Assembly (NCBI GenBank): GCA_036653715.1
Contig: JAVVTL010000002.1
Location: 65-64,064, forward strand
Length of the DNA: 64,000 nucleotides
Source of the DNA: Oscillospiraceae bacterium
GTDB lineage: Bacteria; Bacillota; Clostridia; Oscillospirales; Oscillospiraceae
Direction: 5' to 3'
Shown here in pieces: positions 47,756-56,248 of the stretch (position 1 is the first letter of the stretch; the number at the start of each line of letters is the position of its first letter). Under the pieces are notes generated by a model. The model was given only the letters and a program-made list of their open reading frames with translations. It ran no database searches and had not been told where the DNA came from. The translations under genes and the position numbers were made by a program.

Positions 47756-48595
47756 TTGACTATATGGGCCGCTATCCTGCTCGGACTCGTGCAGGGAATA
47801 GCAGAATTTTTGCCGATTTCAAGCTCGGGGCACCTCTCGATTCTCCAAAACCTTTTTGGTATGACCGCGCTTGAGGGCGGCCATATGTTTTTCGACGTGC
47901 TTCTGCACTTCGGAACGCTCATATCCATCTGCGTTGTCTATTGGCGCGACATAAGCGACATGGTCACAGAGCTTCTTGCCCTCCTTAAGGGCACCGTGCG
48001 CCCCTCTGCGACGGACGCCAAGCGCGGCATGTCCGCGGCAAGGCTCTTTCTCATGCTTGTCGTCGCCACGCTTCCGCTGCTGCTCGTCCTCCCGATAAAC
48101 AACTACGTCGAGCCGCTCTACTACAAATCCGGCTTCATCGGCGTCGCCTTCCTGCTCACCGGCGGCCTGCTCTTTGTCTCCGACAAAATGTCCCCCGGCA
48201 AAAAGACCGAAAAAACCATGCGCATTAAAGACGCTCTGACGGTCGGCGTGTGTCAGGCGGTCGCAATCATCCCCGGCCTTTCCCGCAGCGGAACCACCAT
48301 AACCGCGGGTCTCGCCACGGGACTGAACAGGAGCTTTGCAGTGAAGTTTTCCTTCCTGCTCTCTCTGCCCGCAGTTCTCGGTGCAAACATCCTAAGCCTT
48401 GTCAAGGCGATACAGGAGGGGATAGACGTGACCCTCTTGCCGGCCTACCTAATCGGTATGGTCGTCGCCATGGTATCGGGCATATTCGCCATCGGCCTTG
48501 TGAAGCGCATTGCCGATAAGGGGCGTTTCGGCGGCTTCGCATACTACTGCTGGGGCGTCGGCATACTCACAATAATACTCTCCCTCGTCTTCTGA
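47756..48595 (+). CDS. uppP: undecaprenyl-diphosphate phosphatase
   Basis: GLVQGIAEFLPISSSGH and PGLSRSGTTI motifs. TTG 47756 lies after GGAGGG. The track ORF starts at 47690. Confidence 0.9.
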   Translation: MTIWAAILLGLVQGIAEFLPISSSGHLSILQNLFGMTALEGGHMFFDVLLHFGTLISICVVYWRDISDMVTELLALLKGTVRPSATDAKRGMSAARLFLMLVVATLPLLLVLPINNYVEPLYYKSGFIGVAFLLTGGLLFVSDKMSPGKKTEKTMRIKDALTVGVCQAVAIIPGLSRSGTTITAGLATGLNRSFAVKFSFLLSLPAVLGANILSLVKAIQEGIDVTLLPAYLIGMVVAMVSGIFAIGLVKRIADKGRFGGFAYYCWGVGILTIILSLVF

Positions 48596-48611
48596 AAGGA
48601 ATGTAGCGAGC

Positions 48612-51164
48612 ATGGCAAACACTACAGGAAGCCCCCGCAAACCCGCATCGGGGGCAAAGAAAAAGACTGCAACGCCGTCAAATACAGCTCGGAGCAAGAC
48701 TCCGCAGAAAAGTCAGCCGCAGCCCATAAGGCGCGAGGTGGCAGCCTTGGTCTGCGCATTTTTGGGCATATTCTCGCTCCTTGGCTACTTCAACATTGAC
48801 GCGATATTCATAAATATATTCTGCGGCTTCCTCAAGGCGCTCTTGGGCTGGGGCTTCTATCTGCTGCCCCCCGCGCTGCTGCTCTCCGCATATATCCTCG
48901 GCTTCCACAAGGGCAGACCCGTCCTGCTCCGCACGGTGTCGGCGCTTATGCTGCCGCTCCTCATGGGCGCTATGGCGCACATGCTGTTCTGCCGCCTCGA
49001 CTTCAGCTTTGAGGGCAGCTTTCTGCTGCTGCTCAAGGACCTCTATGCCGACGGGCGCAGCATGCTCTGCGGCGGCGTCCTCTGCGGCCTGATGTCGCTC
49101 GGACTGGAGGCTATGTTCAGCGTCTACGGCGCGTTCCCCGTGCTTTTGGCGGCATTTTTGTTCCTGCTCATGATAAGCGTGAACCTCACCTTCGCAAAGC
49201 TTATTGCATGGTTTTCCGGCCGTCGCCGCGCCGAGTACATCCCCGAGCCGGAGCCGGAGACAGAGGTTCTCAGCCCGCAGAGAAGCGACCCCCAGCGTCA
49301 GCCGCGCCGCCCCTCAAAGCAGCTTGCGACGCCCCCCGCCGTCATCGACATCCCTCTTGACGACGAGCCGGAGGAGACGGTTTACAAAGAAGAAAAAGTC
49401 GGCTTTTTTAACAAAAAGCCCCGCGTCAAGACGCCCGACGAGCTGTTCGAGGCAAAGCCCGCCGCCCCCGCCGAGCCGGAGCCAACTCCCGAACCGGAGC
49501 CTGCTCCCGCGCCCGTCCCCATGCATATGCCGCCGGTCGAAAAAGTCGCCGTCAAGGTCACAAAGGACGAGATAGAGGCAGAGAAAGCCGCCGTGGTCGA
49601 GGCCGTCGAAAAAGCCATGGAGACAGTCCCTTCCTATCAGTTCCCGCCAATAGACCTGCTCCGCAAGGGACAGGCCTCCGCCGTGGACGGCAGGGAGGAG
49701 ATAGCCCTGAACCGCGAGCGTCTTGAGACGACGCTTCACAGCTTCGGCGTCTCCGCAAACATCGTCGGAGTGACAAGAGGGCCGACGGTCACGCGCTATG
49801 ATATCGAGCTCGACGCCGGTGTGAAGCTTGCAAAGCTCACAAACCTCTCCGGCGACCTTGCCCTGTCCCTCGGCGTCACAAGCGTCCGCATTGCCCCGAT
49901 ACCCGACAAAATCTCCACGGTCGGCGTTGAGGTCCCAAACAAATTGGTAAGCATCGTCTACCTGCGGGACATAATAGACTCGCCCGCCTTCAAAAACGCC
50001 GCGTCGCCCACGACCTTCGCCATAGGCAAGGACATTAGCGGCGACTGCATAACGGGCAACATCGCAAAGCTTCCGCACATGCTCATAGCGGGCACCACGG
50101 GCAGCGGCAAATCCGTCTGCCTGAACTCCCTGCTTTTGAGCCTCCTCTATAAGGCCACGCCGGACGAGGTTCGCCTCATCATGATTGACCCCAAAATGGT
50201 CGAATTAGGCGTCTATAACGGCATCCCGCATCTCTTTGTGCCCGTGGTCACAGACCCCAAAAAGGCGGCGGGAGCACTCCAGTGGGCTGTTGTGGAAATG
50301 CTCAAGCGCTACCGCCTGTTCTCGGAGGTCGGCGTCCGCAATCTTGCGGGCTACAACACCTATCAGGAGAAAAACGGCCTTCCGACCCTGCCGCAGGTCG
50401 TCGTCGTGGTGGACGAGCTTGCAGACCTCATGCTCTGCGCCGCCAAGGACGTGGAGGAGAGCGTCTGCCGCGTCGCCCAAATGGGCAGAGCCTCGGGAAT
50501 GCACCTCATCATAGCGACACAGCGTCCCTCGGCGGACGTTATAACGGGACTTATGAAGGCAAATATACCCAGCCGCATAGCCTTTGCCGTCTCCTCCGCC
50601 ATGGAATCGCGCATCATCCTTGACGCGCAGGGCGCGGAGAAGCTGGTCGGCATGGGCGATATGCTCTATTTCCCGCTTGGCAGCGGCAAGCCCACGCGCA
50701 TTCAGGGCGCCTACGTCTCCGACGAGGAGCGCGAGGACGTCATTGACTTCATAAAGCAGGGCGCCGCCGCGAACTATTCCGACGAAATACTCGCCCAAAT
50801 CGAAAAGGCCGCAGAGGACAAAAACGCCTCCGCCGCCTCCGACGGCGATAACGCCGCCCCCGCCGCGCCGCAAAGTAGCTATGACGAGCTGCTGCCGCAG
50901 GCGGTGGACGTAATATTCGAGACGAAGCAGGCCAGCGTCTCCATGCTCCAGCGCAGGCTGAAGCTCGGCTATTCCCGCGCCGCGCGACTTGTGGACCAAA
51001 TGGAGGAAATCGGCGTCGTCGGCCCCTTTGAAGGCTCAAAGCCGCGTCAGGTGCTCATAACCAAGCAGCAATGGCAGGAAATGCAGCTTGTGCACGGCAC
51101 GGCTCCCACCGAGCGCTTTACCACAGAGATGGAATTTGACACGGATGATGAGGATATTACATGA
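48612..51164 (+). CDS. ftsK: DNA translocase FtsK/SpoIIIE
   Basis: N-terminal TM domain, a Pro/Glu-rich linker, a motor domain with GTTGSGKSV and VVVVDELADLM, and a C-terminal gamma (winged-helix) domain. Confidence 0.95.
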   Translation: MANTTGSPRKPASGAKKKTATPSNTARSKTPQKSQPQPIRREVAALVCAFLGIFSLLGYFNIDAIFINIFCGFLKALLGWGFYLLPPALLLSAYILGFHKGRPVLLRTVSALMLPLLMGAMAHMLFCRLDFSFEGSFLLLLKDLYADGRSMLCGGVLCGLMSLGLEAMFSVYGAFPVLLAAFLFLLMISVNLTFAKLIAWFSGRRRAEYIPEPEPETEVLSPQRSDPQRQPRRPSKQLATPPAVIDIPLDDEPEETVYKEEKVGFFNKKPRVKTPDELFEAKPAAPAEPEPTPEPEPAPAPVPMHMPPVEKVAVKVTKDEIEAEKAAVVEAVEKAMETVPSYQFPPIDLLRKGQASAVDGREEIALNRERLETTLHSFGVSANIVGVTRGPTVTRYDIELDAGVKLAKLTNLSGDLALSLGVTSVRIAPIPDKISTVGVEVPNKLVSIVYLRDIIDSPAFKNAASPTTFAIGKDISGDCITGNIAKLPHMLIAGTTGSGKSVCLNSLLLSLLYKATPDEVRLIMIDPKMVELGVYNGIPHLFVPVVTDPKKAAGALQWAVVEMLKRYRLFSEVGVRNLAGYNTYQEKNGLPTLPQVVVVVDELADLMLCAAKDVEESVCRVAQMGRASGMHLIIATQRPSADVITGLMKANIPSRIAFAVSSAMESRIILDAQGAEKLVGMGDMLYFPLGSGKPTRIQGAYVSDEEREDVIDFIKQGAAANYSDEILAQIEKAAEDKNASAASDGDNAAPAAPQSSYDELLPQAVDVIFETKQASVSMLQRRLKLGYSRAARLVDQMEEIGVVGPFEGSKPRQVLITKQQWQEMQLVHGTAPTERFTTEMEFDTDDEDIT

Positions 51165-51550
51165 CAGCTGCTGAAATCGGCGCAATAAGCACCCTCGGCC
51201 TCGCCCACATCGGCGACGGCGTCTATGAGCTTATGACGCGCACATATTTGGTCGAGAGCGGGGTCACTACCGTCGAGAAGCTCCACAAAAAGACGGTTGC
51301 CCGCGTCTGCGCTCCCGCTCAGGCGCTCGCGGCTCAGAAAATTGCGCCCCTGCTCACCGATGCCGAGCACGACATCTACAAACGCGGACGCAACGCCCGC
51401 GTGAACTCCGTGCCAAAGGGCGCGGACACCGCCCAGTATCACGCCTCCACAGGGCTTGAGACGCTTTTCGGCTGGCTCTATCTGCGCGGCGAGAACGACA
51501 GACTGCGCGAGCTCTTTAACGGAATTACGGAGGAATCAAATGCCACTTGA
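51161..51550 (+). CDS. mrnC: mini-ribonuclease 3
   Basis: 129 aa with LAHIGDGVYELMTR and RGRNA motifs. Confidence 0.85.
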   Translation: MTAAEIGAISTLGLAHIGDGVYELMTRTYLVESGVTTVEKLHKKTVARVCAPAQALAAQKIAPLLTDAEHDIYKRGRNARVNSVPKGADTAQYHASTGLETLFGWLYLRGENDRLRELFNGITEESNAT

Positions 51551-53261
51551 CGCGGTATGCCTCAAGGCGCTCATAGCCGAGCTGTCTCCGGCGCTCGTCG
51601 GCGCGAGAATAGATAAGGTGCAGCAGCCCGAAGGGGATTTGCTGCTCCTTTCGCTGTATACCTCCGAGGGAAACCGCAGGCTGCTGCTCTCGGTCGCCTC
51701 CGGCGGAGCAAGGCTGCATTTTACGCAGCAGCGCCCGGAAAACCCCGATGCCCCGCCGATGTTCTGCATGCTGCTGCGCAAGCACCTTGTGGGCGCGAGG
51801 ATAAACGCCGTCACACAGCCGGGCTACGAGCGCATAGTCTTCCTTGACCTTTTCTGCCGCGATGAATTTGGCGAGGAGAGCAGCAAGCGCATTGCCGTGG
51901 AGCTTATGGGCCGCGCCGCAAACGTGATACTCATAGACTCCGACGGACGGATAATCGACTGCCTGCGCCGTCTCGACTTCGGCGAGGAGGCATATCGCCG
52001 TCTGCTGCCGGGTATGCTCTATAAGCTGCCGCAGGAGCAGGGAAGACCCTGCTTTTACGAGACCGACGCCGCCGAGCGACGCAGACTTTGGGCAGCGTCG
52101 GACGCCGCCGTGCCGACGGAAAAGCGCCTTATGTCCGTCTTTTCGGGCCTCGCGCCGCTTATTTCCCGCGAGATAGTCTACCGCGCGGGCTGTGACGAAA
52201 ATCTGCCCGCCGCCATGGACGCGCTTTGGGATACCGTCGCCGCGCGGGAGTTTTCGCCGGTGCTTGTGAACGCCGAGGGCGCGTCGCCGGATTTCTCCTT
52301 CATGCGCATAAACCAATACGGCGCCTCGGCGCAGTCGGAGGTTTATTCGGACTTTTCTTCCCTGTTAGACGCCTTCTATGCGGGGCGTGACAGGGCGGAG
52401 CGCATGCGCCGCGCCTCGTCGGAGACGATGAAAAACGTCCGCACGCTCCGGGACAGACAGGCGCGAAAGCTCGCCCAGCAGCGCGAGGAGCTGAAGGCCT
52501 CGGCGGACAGGGACGCATTGCGCCGCAGAGGCGACCTCGTCACGGCAAATCTTTGGCGAATCAAAAAGGGCGACAGGGCGCTCGTCTGCGAGGACTATTA
52601 CGCCGACGGCTCGCCGGAGTGCTCCATCCCGCTCGACCCCATGAAGTCGCCGCAGCAGAACGCCGCCGCGGCATACAAGGACTATAAGCGCGCCGCAACA
52701 GCGGAAAAACACCTGACCTCCCTCATAGCGGAGGGGGAGAAGCAGCTCGACTACCTTGAGAGCGTCGTGGACGCGCTCTCCCGCGCGGAGAACGAGCGCG
52801 ACGTCGCCGAGATACGCCGCGAGCTGACGGAGACGGGCGTCATAAGGCCGCGCAAAAACGTCAAGCCGCAGAAAATAAAGCCAAGAGGGCCGATGCGCTT
52901 CAAGTCCTCGTCGGGCGTCGAGATACTTGTCGGGCGCTCAAACGTCCAAAACGACGAGCTGACCCTCAAAACCGCCCGCAGAACCGACCTTTGGCTGCAC
53001 ACCAAGACCGTCCACGGCTCACACGTCATCGTTCGCCTGAACGGCGAGGAGCCGGATGAGACGACAATCACAGAGGCGGCGTCCCTCGCCGCGTGGTTTT
53101 CTCAGGCGCGGGGCGGCGGCAGAACCGCCGTCGATTACACGCAGGTGCGCTTTGTGAAAAAGCCCTCCGGCGCGCTCCCCGGCATGGTGATATATACCGA
53201 CCAAACCACCGTCATGGCAGAACCGGACGAGGCGCTTGCAAACCGCCTGAAAGCCGATTAA
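51540..53261 (+). CDS. rqcH: ribosome quality control protein RqcH (NFACT / FbpA-DUF814 family)
   Basis: NFACT-N (LIAELSPALVGARIDKVQQP), a coiled-coil middle, and NFACT-R/DUF814 (ILVGRSNVQNDELT...LWLHTKTVHGSHVIV). ATG 51540 lies after GGAGGA. Confidence 0.82.
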   Translation: MPLDAVCLKALIAELSPALVGARIDKVQQPEGDLLLLSLYTSEGNRRLLLSVASGGARLHFTQQRPENPDAPPMFCMLLRKHLVGARINAVTQPGYERIVFLDLFCRDEFGEESSKRIAVELMGRAANVILIDSDGRIIDCLRRLDFGEEAYRRLLPGMLYKLPQEQGRPCFYETDAAERRRLWAASDAAVPTEKRLMSVFSGLAPLISREIVYRAGCDENLPAAMDALWDTVAAREFSPVLVNAEGASPDFSFMRINQYGASAQSEVYSDFSSLLDAFYAGRDRAERMRRASSETMKNVRTLRDRQARKLAQQREELKASADRDALRRRGDLVTANLWRIKKGDRALVCEDYYADGSPECSIPLDPMKSPQQNAAAAYKDYKRAATAEKHLTSLIAEGEKQLDYLESVVDALSRAENERDVAEIRRELTETGVIRPRKNVKPQKIKPRGPMRFKSSSGVEILVGRSNVQNDELTLKTARRTDLWLHTKTVHGSHVIVRLNGEEPDETTITEAASLAAWFSQARGGGRTAVDYTQVRFVKKPSGALPGMVIYTDQTTVMAEPDEALANRLKAD

Positions 53262-53278
53262 TCAAATGTGCAATTATT

Positions 53279-53317
53279 AAAAGGTAGGGCAGGATTTTTC
53301 CTGCCCTACCTTTTTTT
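53279..53317. terminator. bidirectional rho-independent terminator (rqcH / convergent SLH gene)
   Basis: AAAAGGTAGGGCAGG-ATTTTT-CCTGCCCTACCTTTTTTT, with an A-run 5' and a T-run 3'. Confidence 0.72.
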
Positions 53318-54239
53318 ATCTTTTGTCAATAACGAGCATGGCGGAGACGAGCATTTGGGCGGCGTCGGCTCGGGTGAGGCACTCGTCGAAGCCGCGCCCG
53401 TCGGGCAGCATCCCGCAGGCGGCGAGGTTTGCCGCGGACTGCTCCGCCCAGGCGGGAGCTGCGGCCTCGGAGCTAATATCGGCGACCTCGCTCAGCTTCG
53501 TCACGGAATTCATCAGCACGGCCGCCTCGGAGCAGCTTATAAATTCGTTTGCGTCGAATATCGCGCCGGCGGGGGAGACGTAGCCGCTGACAAGCCCGTC
53601 CATCAGCGCCGTGGCAACATAGGGCTTCTGCCACATCGGGATGTCGCCGTCGTCGTTAAAGCCGGTGCTGAGAACGCCGGAGAGCATCTCCTCGCCGCGC
53701 ATTATCATGCACATGGCAAGAAACTCGCCTCGCGTGACGGCTCTTGTAGGCTCAAATACCCAAAGCTCGCCGAGGCGTGAGCCTGTAAAAATGCCGGCCT
53801 CGGCGACGGCGGTTGCGGCATAGGCGGCGGCGTCGCCCGCCATGTCGGAATAAGAGACATTGCCCTTTTGTTTTTCAATCCGAATGATGACGGTCGCCTC
53901 CTGCGAGGCGTTGCCGTTTGCGTCCGTCGCCTTAAAGCCGAAGTAGTCGCGGCCCCTGCGGTTCACGTCGGGCGAATAGACAAAGCGTCCGTCCTCCGTC
54001 AGCTCGATGCTGCCCTTTACGGGCTGGGTGGTTATACTGAAGGTCAGCAAATCGCCTTCGGGGTCGACGGCGGAGAGCCGCCCTCCAACGCAGACGTTGC
54101 GGAAGGTGCGAAGCTCAATGTTCTCCGCCACCGGTGCAGAGTTCAGCGCCTGAGCCGACAGCATGGGCGAGACGGCGGTCAGACATACGGCAAAGGTCAG
54201 CAGCGCAGCGCTGACAATTAAGCGAGTGCGTTTACTCAT
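53316..54239 (-). CDS. secreted cell-surface protein: Ig/cadherin-like domain + SLH repeats
   Basis: Signal peptide (MSKRTRLIVSAALLTFAVCLTAV). A cadherin/VCBS-like segment (DPEGDLLTFSITTQPVKGSIELTEDGRFVYSP...ATDANGN). Three SLH-like repeats (YSDMAGD.., FNDDGDIP.., ..APAWAEQSAANLAACGML). Start at ATG 54239 with GGAGG. Confidence 0.78.
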   Translation of the reverse strand: MSKRTRLIVSAALLTFAVCLTAVSPMLSAQALNSAPVAENIELRTFRNVCVGGRLSAVDPEGDLLTFSITTQPVKGSIELTEDGRFVYSPDVNRRGRDYFGFKATDANGNASQEATVIIRIEKQKGNVSYSDMAGDAAAYAATAVAEAGIFTGSRLGELWVFEPTRAVTRGEFLAMCMIMRGEEMLSGVLSTGFNDDGDIPMWQKPYVATALMDGLVSGYVSPAGAIFDANEFISCSEAAVLMNSVTKLSEVADISSEAAAPAWAEQSAANLAACGMLPDGRGFDECLTRADAAQMLVSAMLVIDKR

Positions 54240-54335
54240 TATAATTCCTCCATTGCAAGATTGTGGCACTCATATTTTGCGCCGCCGCCGCGCTATTATG
54301 CAAAAAACGCCCGTCTAATTTCGGCAGGCAATACA

Positions 54336-54349
54336 AATCACGCGTGATT
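54336..54349. promoter_or_regulatory. perfect 14-bp palindrome AATCACGCGTGATT in a divergent intergenic region (possible operator)
   Basis: Read directly from the sequence. It lies in the 300-bp gap between the SLH gene (-) and the thiolase operon (+). Confidence 0.3.
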
Positions 54350-54429
54350 GGGCGGCAAACGCCGCAAGTAGTTTAAGCCAAAATTGCGGTATTGCTCTCG
54401 CGCCGCGACAATGTGCACATATCAAAAGG

Positions 54430-54450
54430 AACAATTTGAGAATAATTGTT
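54430..54450. promoter_or_regulatory. inverted repeat AACAATT-N7-AATTGTT abutting the -35 element (possible repressor site)
   Basis: The half-site AATTGT recurs at 54483-54488, just downstream of the -10 element. Confidence 0.3.
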
Positions 54451-54452
54451 TA

Positions 54453-54480
54453 TTGAAGATAAAGAATATCGGGATATAAT
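54453..54480 (+). promoter_or_regulatory. candidate sigma-A promoter of the thiolase/DUF35 operon
   Basis: TTGAAG (54453-54458), a 16-nt spacer, then TATAAT (54475-54480), in a locally AT-rich stretch. Confidence 0.5.
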
Positions 54481-54539
54481 TAAATTGTAGATTATTTATC
54501 AATCTCGCGGAATGACAAATCAGAAAGGAGCGCTATAAA

Positions 54540-55727
54540 TTGGACACGACAGAGCTTAGAAACAAATACGCCATCGCCGGCGTGGGTTATGCCGCTCAGG
54601 GCAAGGTAAGCGGTCGCACATCGTTGAGCCTTTATCTTGAAGCCTGCGCAAACGCAATAAAGGATTCCGGTATTCCCAAGGAGGAAATTGACGGCGTCCT
54701 CATGTACCGTTGGTTCTCCCCTCTTGCGGGAGAGGTTTACCACAACGCAAACTACATACCCGAGCGTCTCGGACTGAGACCCTCCGCAATCGGTCAGGAA
54801 TTTTATTGCTACCGCACATGGCTTGCCAATGCCATCGGACTTTTGGAGACGGGCGTATGCAAAAATGTCCTGATAACCTATGCGGATACCGCAAAGAGCG
54901 GCAAGCGCCAGTGGGCAGAGGAGCTTGACGGCACAACTCCCACCGATGAATATGCCGCCTTCGGCGACATAACAACCCTCGCAAAATACGCAATGGTCGC
55001 CAGACGCGCGATGTATGAATTCGGTACAGGCCCCGACGTCTGGAAGGAAATCGTCATTGCACAGAGACGCTGGGCAAACCTCAATCCGCTTGCGGCCTCC
55101 TATTCCAAAACAGTCACTGCCGAGGAATATCTGAATCAGCCCATGCTGTGCGACCCGTTCCGCATCTTCGACACCACTCCCGTGACCGACGGCGGTCGCG
55201 CCATCATAATTTCCGCCGCAGATAATGTAAAATCCATCGGCAAGAACCCGCTGGTCACAATTCGCGGCTACGGTCAGGCAAACGTTCCCGATGCGGGCTA
55301 CCGTCTGTTTGCCGGCGACCCCAAGAGCGCTGCCTGCGAGGCAAGCCGCAAGGCCTACGCCATGGCGGGCCTCGGCCCCAAGGACATCGGCTGCGCCCAA
55401 ATCTATGACTGCTTCACCTACACCGTGGAGGCCACACTCGCAGACTACGGCTTCTTTGACAGGAAAAAATCCGCCGAATTCCTCACCGCCGAAAACTTGG
55501 GCCCGGGCGGGAAATTCCCTCTGAACACCTCGGGCGGCATGCTGTCCGAAGGCTATTTCATGGGCATGACGCCGGTTGTTGAGGGCGTTATGCAGATGAT
55601 GGGGCGCTGCGGCGCCAGACAGCTGGGCGTGCTGCCCAACACGGTAATGCCGGAGTTCACCATTTGCAGCGACAATGGCGCCTACCTGCAAAGCCACGAA
55701 ACCCTAATTCTTGAAAGGAGCGACTGA
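54540..55727 (+). CDS. thiolase-like protein (SCP-x / archaeal-type, non-classical thiolase)
   Basis: 395 aa with a thiolase-fold pattern (AIAGVGY..., Cys90 in GQEFYCY, C-terminal NTSGGMLSEG). TTG start 9 nt after AAAGGAG. It is always-paired style with the following DUF35 gene. Confidence 0.78.
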   Translation: MDTTELRNKYAIAGVGYAAQGKVSGRTSLSLYLEACANAIKDSGIPKEEIDGVLMYRWFSPLAGEVYHNANYIPERLGLRPSAIGQEFYCYRTWLANAIGLLETGVCKNVLITYADTAKSGKRQWAEELDGTTPTDEYAAFGDITTLAKYAMVARRAMYEFGTGPDVWKEIVIAQRRWANLNPLAASYSKTVTAEEYLNQPMLCDPFRIFDTTPVTDGGRAIIISAADNVKSIGKNPLVTIRGYGQANVPDAGYRLFAGDPKSAACEASRKAYAMAGLGPKDIGCAQIYDCFTYTVEATLADYGFFDRKKSAEFLTAENLGPGGKFPLNTSGGMLSEGYFMGMTPVVEGVMQMMGRCGARQLGVLPNTVMPEFTICSDNGAYLQSHETLILERSD

Positions 55728-55728
55728 T

Positions 55729-56142
55729 ATGGAATTCGATCTTCCCGTACTCCCAAAGATCAGTTACGACATTGCACCCTTCTTTAAGTATTGCAACGAT
55801 GAGCACAAATTCATGATGCAAAAATGCACTGATTGCGGCAAATTCCGTTGGCCCGCCGCCTTTATCTGCCCGGACTGCCTCAGCGAGGCGTACACCTGGG
55901 AGGAACTGAAGGGGACAGGCACCATATATTCCTATATTGTCTACCGCAGGGCGTTCCAGCCGGATTTTGAGGGACATATCCCCTACGTCGTGGCAACCGT
56001 TGACCTTGACGAGGGCCCGCGCTTCATCACTTGGCTCGTGAATTGCGAGCCGGAGGACGCCGACTGCGGCAAGCGCGTCAAGCTCGTTTGGCTGGACGAC
56101 AAGAAAAAGAATTTCTCGCTGCCCGCCTTTGAGCTTATCTGA
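55729..56142 (+). CDS. DUF35 protein (Zn-ribbon + OB fold, acyl-CoA-associated)
   Basis: CTDCGKFRWPAAFICPDCLS zinc ribbon followed by an OB-like GTIYSYIVY...PYVVATVDLDEG. ATG lies 8 nt after AAAGGAG and 1 nt after the thiolase stop. Confidence 0.8.
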   Translation: MEFDLPVLPKISYDIAPFFKYCNDEHKFMMQKCTDCGKFRWPAAFICPDCLSEAYTWEELKGTGTIYSYIVYRRAFQPDFEGHIPYVVATVDLDEGPRFITWLVNCEPEDADCGKRVKLVWLDDKKKNFSLPAFELI

Positions 56143-56166
56143 CCGCATACATACCGATTTAAAACT

Positions 56167-56206
56167 ATGGGATGGAGCGCCGTAACCCGTCGGCTATCCA
56201 TCCCAT
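56167..56206 (+). other. intercistronic stem-loop (10-bp perfect stem)
   Basis: ATGGGATGGA-(20 nt, itself partly paired GCCG/CGGC)-TCCATCCCAT, between the DUF35 and CoADR genes. No clear U-tract follows. Confidence 0.4.
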
Positions 56207-56248
56207 CTGTAAAAATGCTTGAGATTATTTCTCGGGAGGAGAGAACAA

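Noticed and set aside
49240-49540. Repetitive-looking Pro/Glu/Ala-rich stretch (PEPEPE.., AEPEPTPEPEPAPAP).
   Set aside because: It is the low-complexity linker between the membrane and motor domains of FtsK and is in frame. It is not a tandem DNA repeat array or a CRISPR.
53268-53780. 170-aa + strand ORF.
   Set aside because: It is antisense to the SLH-domain surface protein gene and starts inside the bidirectional terminator. It has no RBS.
54492-55697. 401-aa - strand ORF opposite the thiolase-like gene.
   Set aside because: The + strand frame has the thiolase-fold pattern, an RBS and tight coupling to DUF35. The - strand frame has none of these. Shadow ORF.
40055-56142. The idea that AcnX (an archaeal mevalonate-5-phosphate dehydratase relative) and thiolase/DUF35 (the archaeal mevalonate entry complex) mark a hidden archaeal-type mevalonate pathway.
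   Set aside because: The two loci are 13 kb apart and in different operons. No HMG-CoA synthase, HMG-CoA reductase, kinases or decarboxylases are in the window. Bacterial two-subunit AcnX enzymes characterised so far act on cis-3-hydroxyproline. This is coincidence until shown otherwise.
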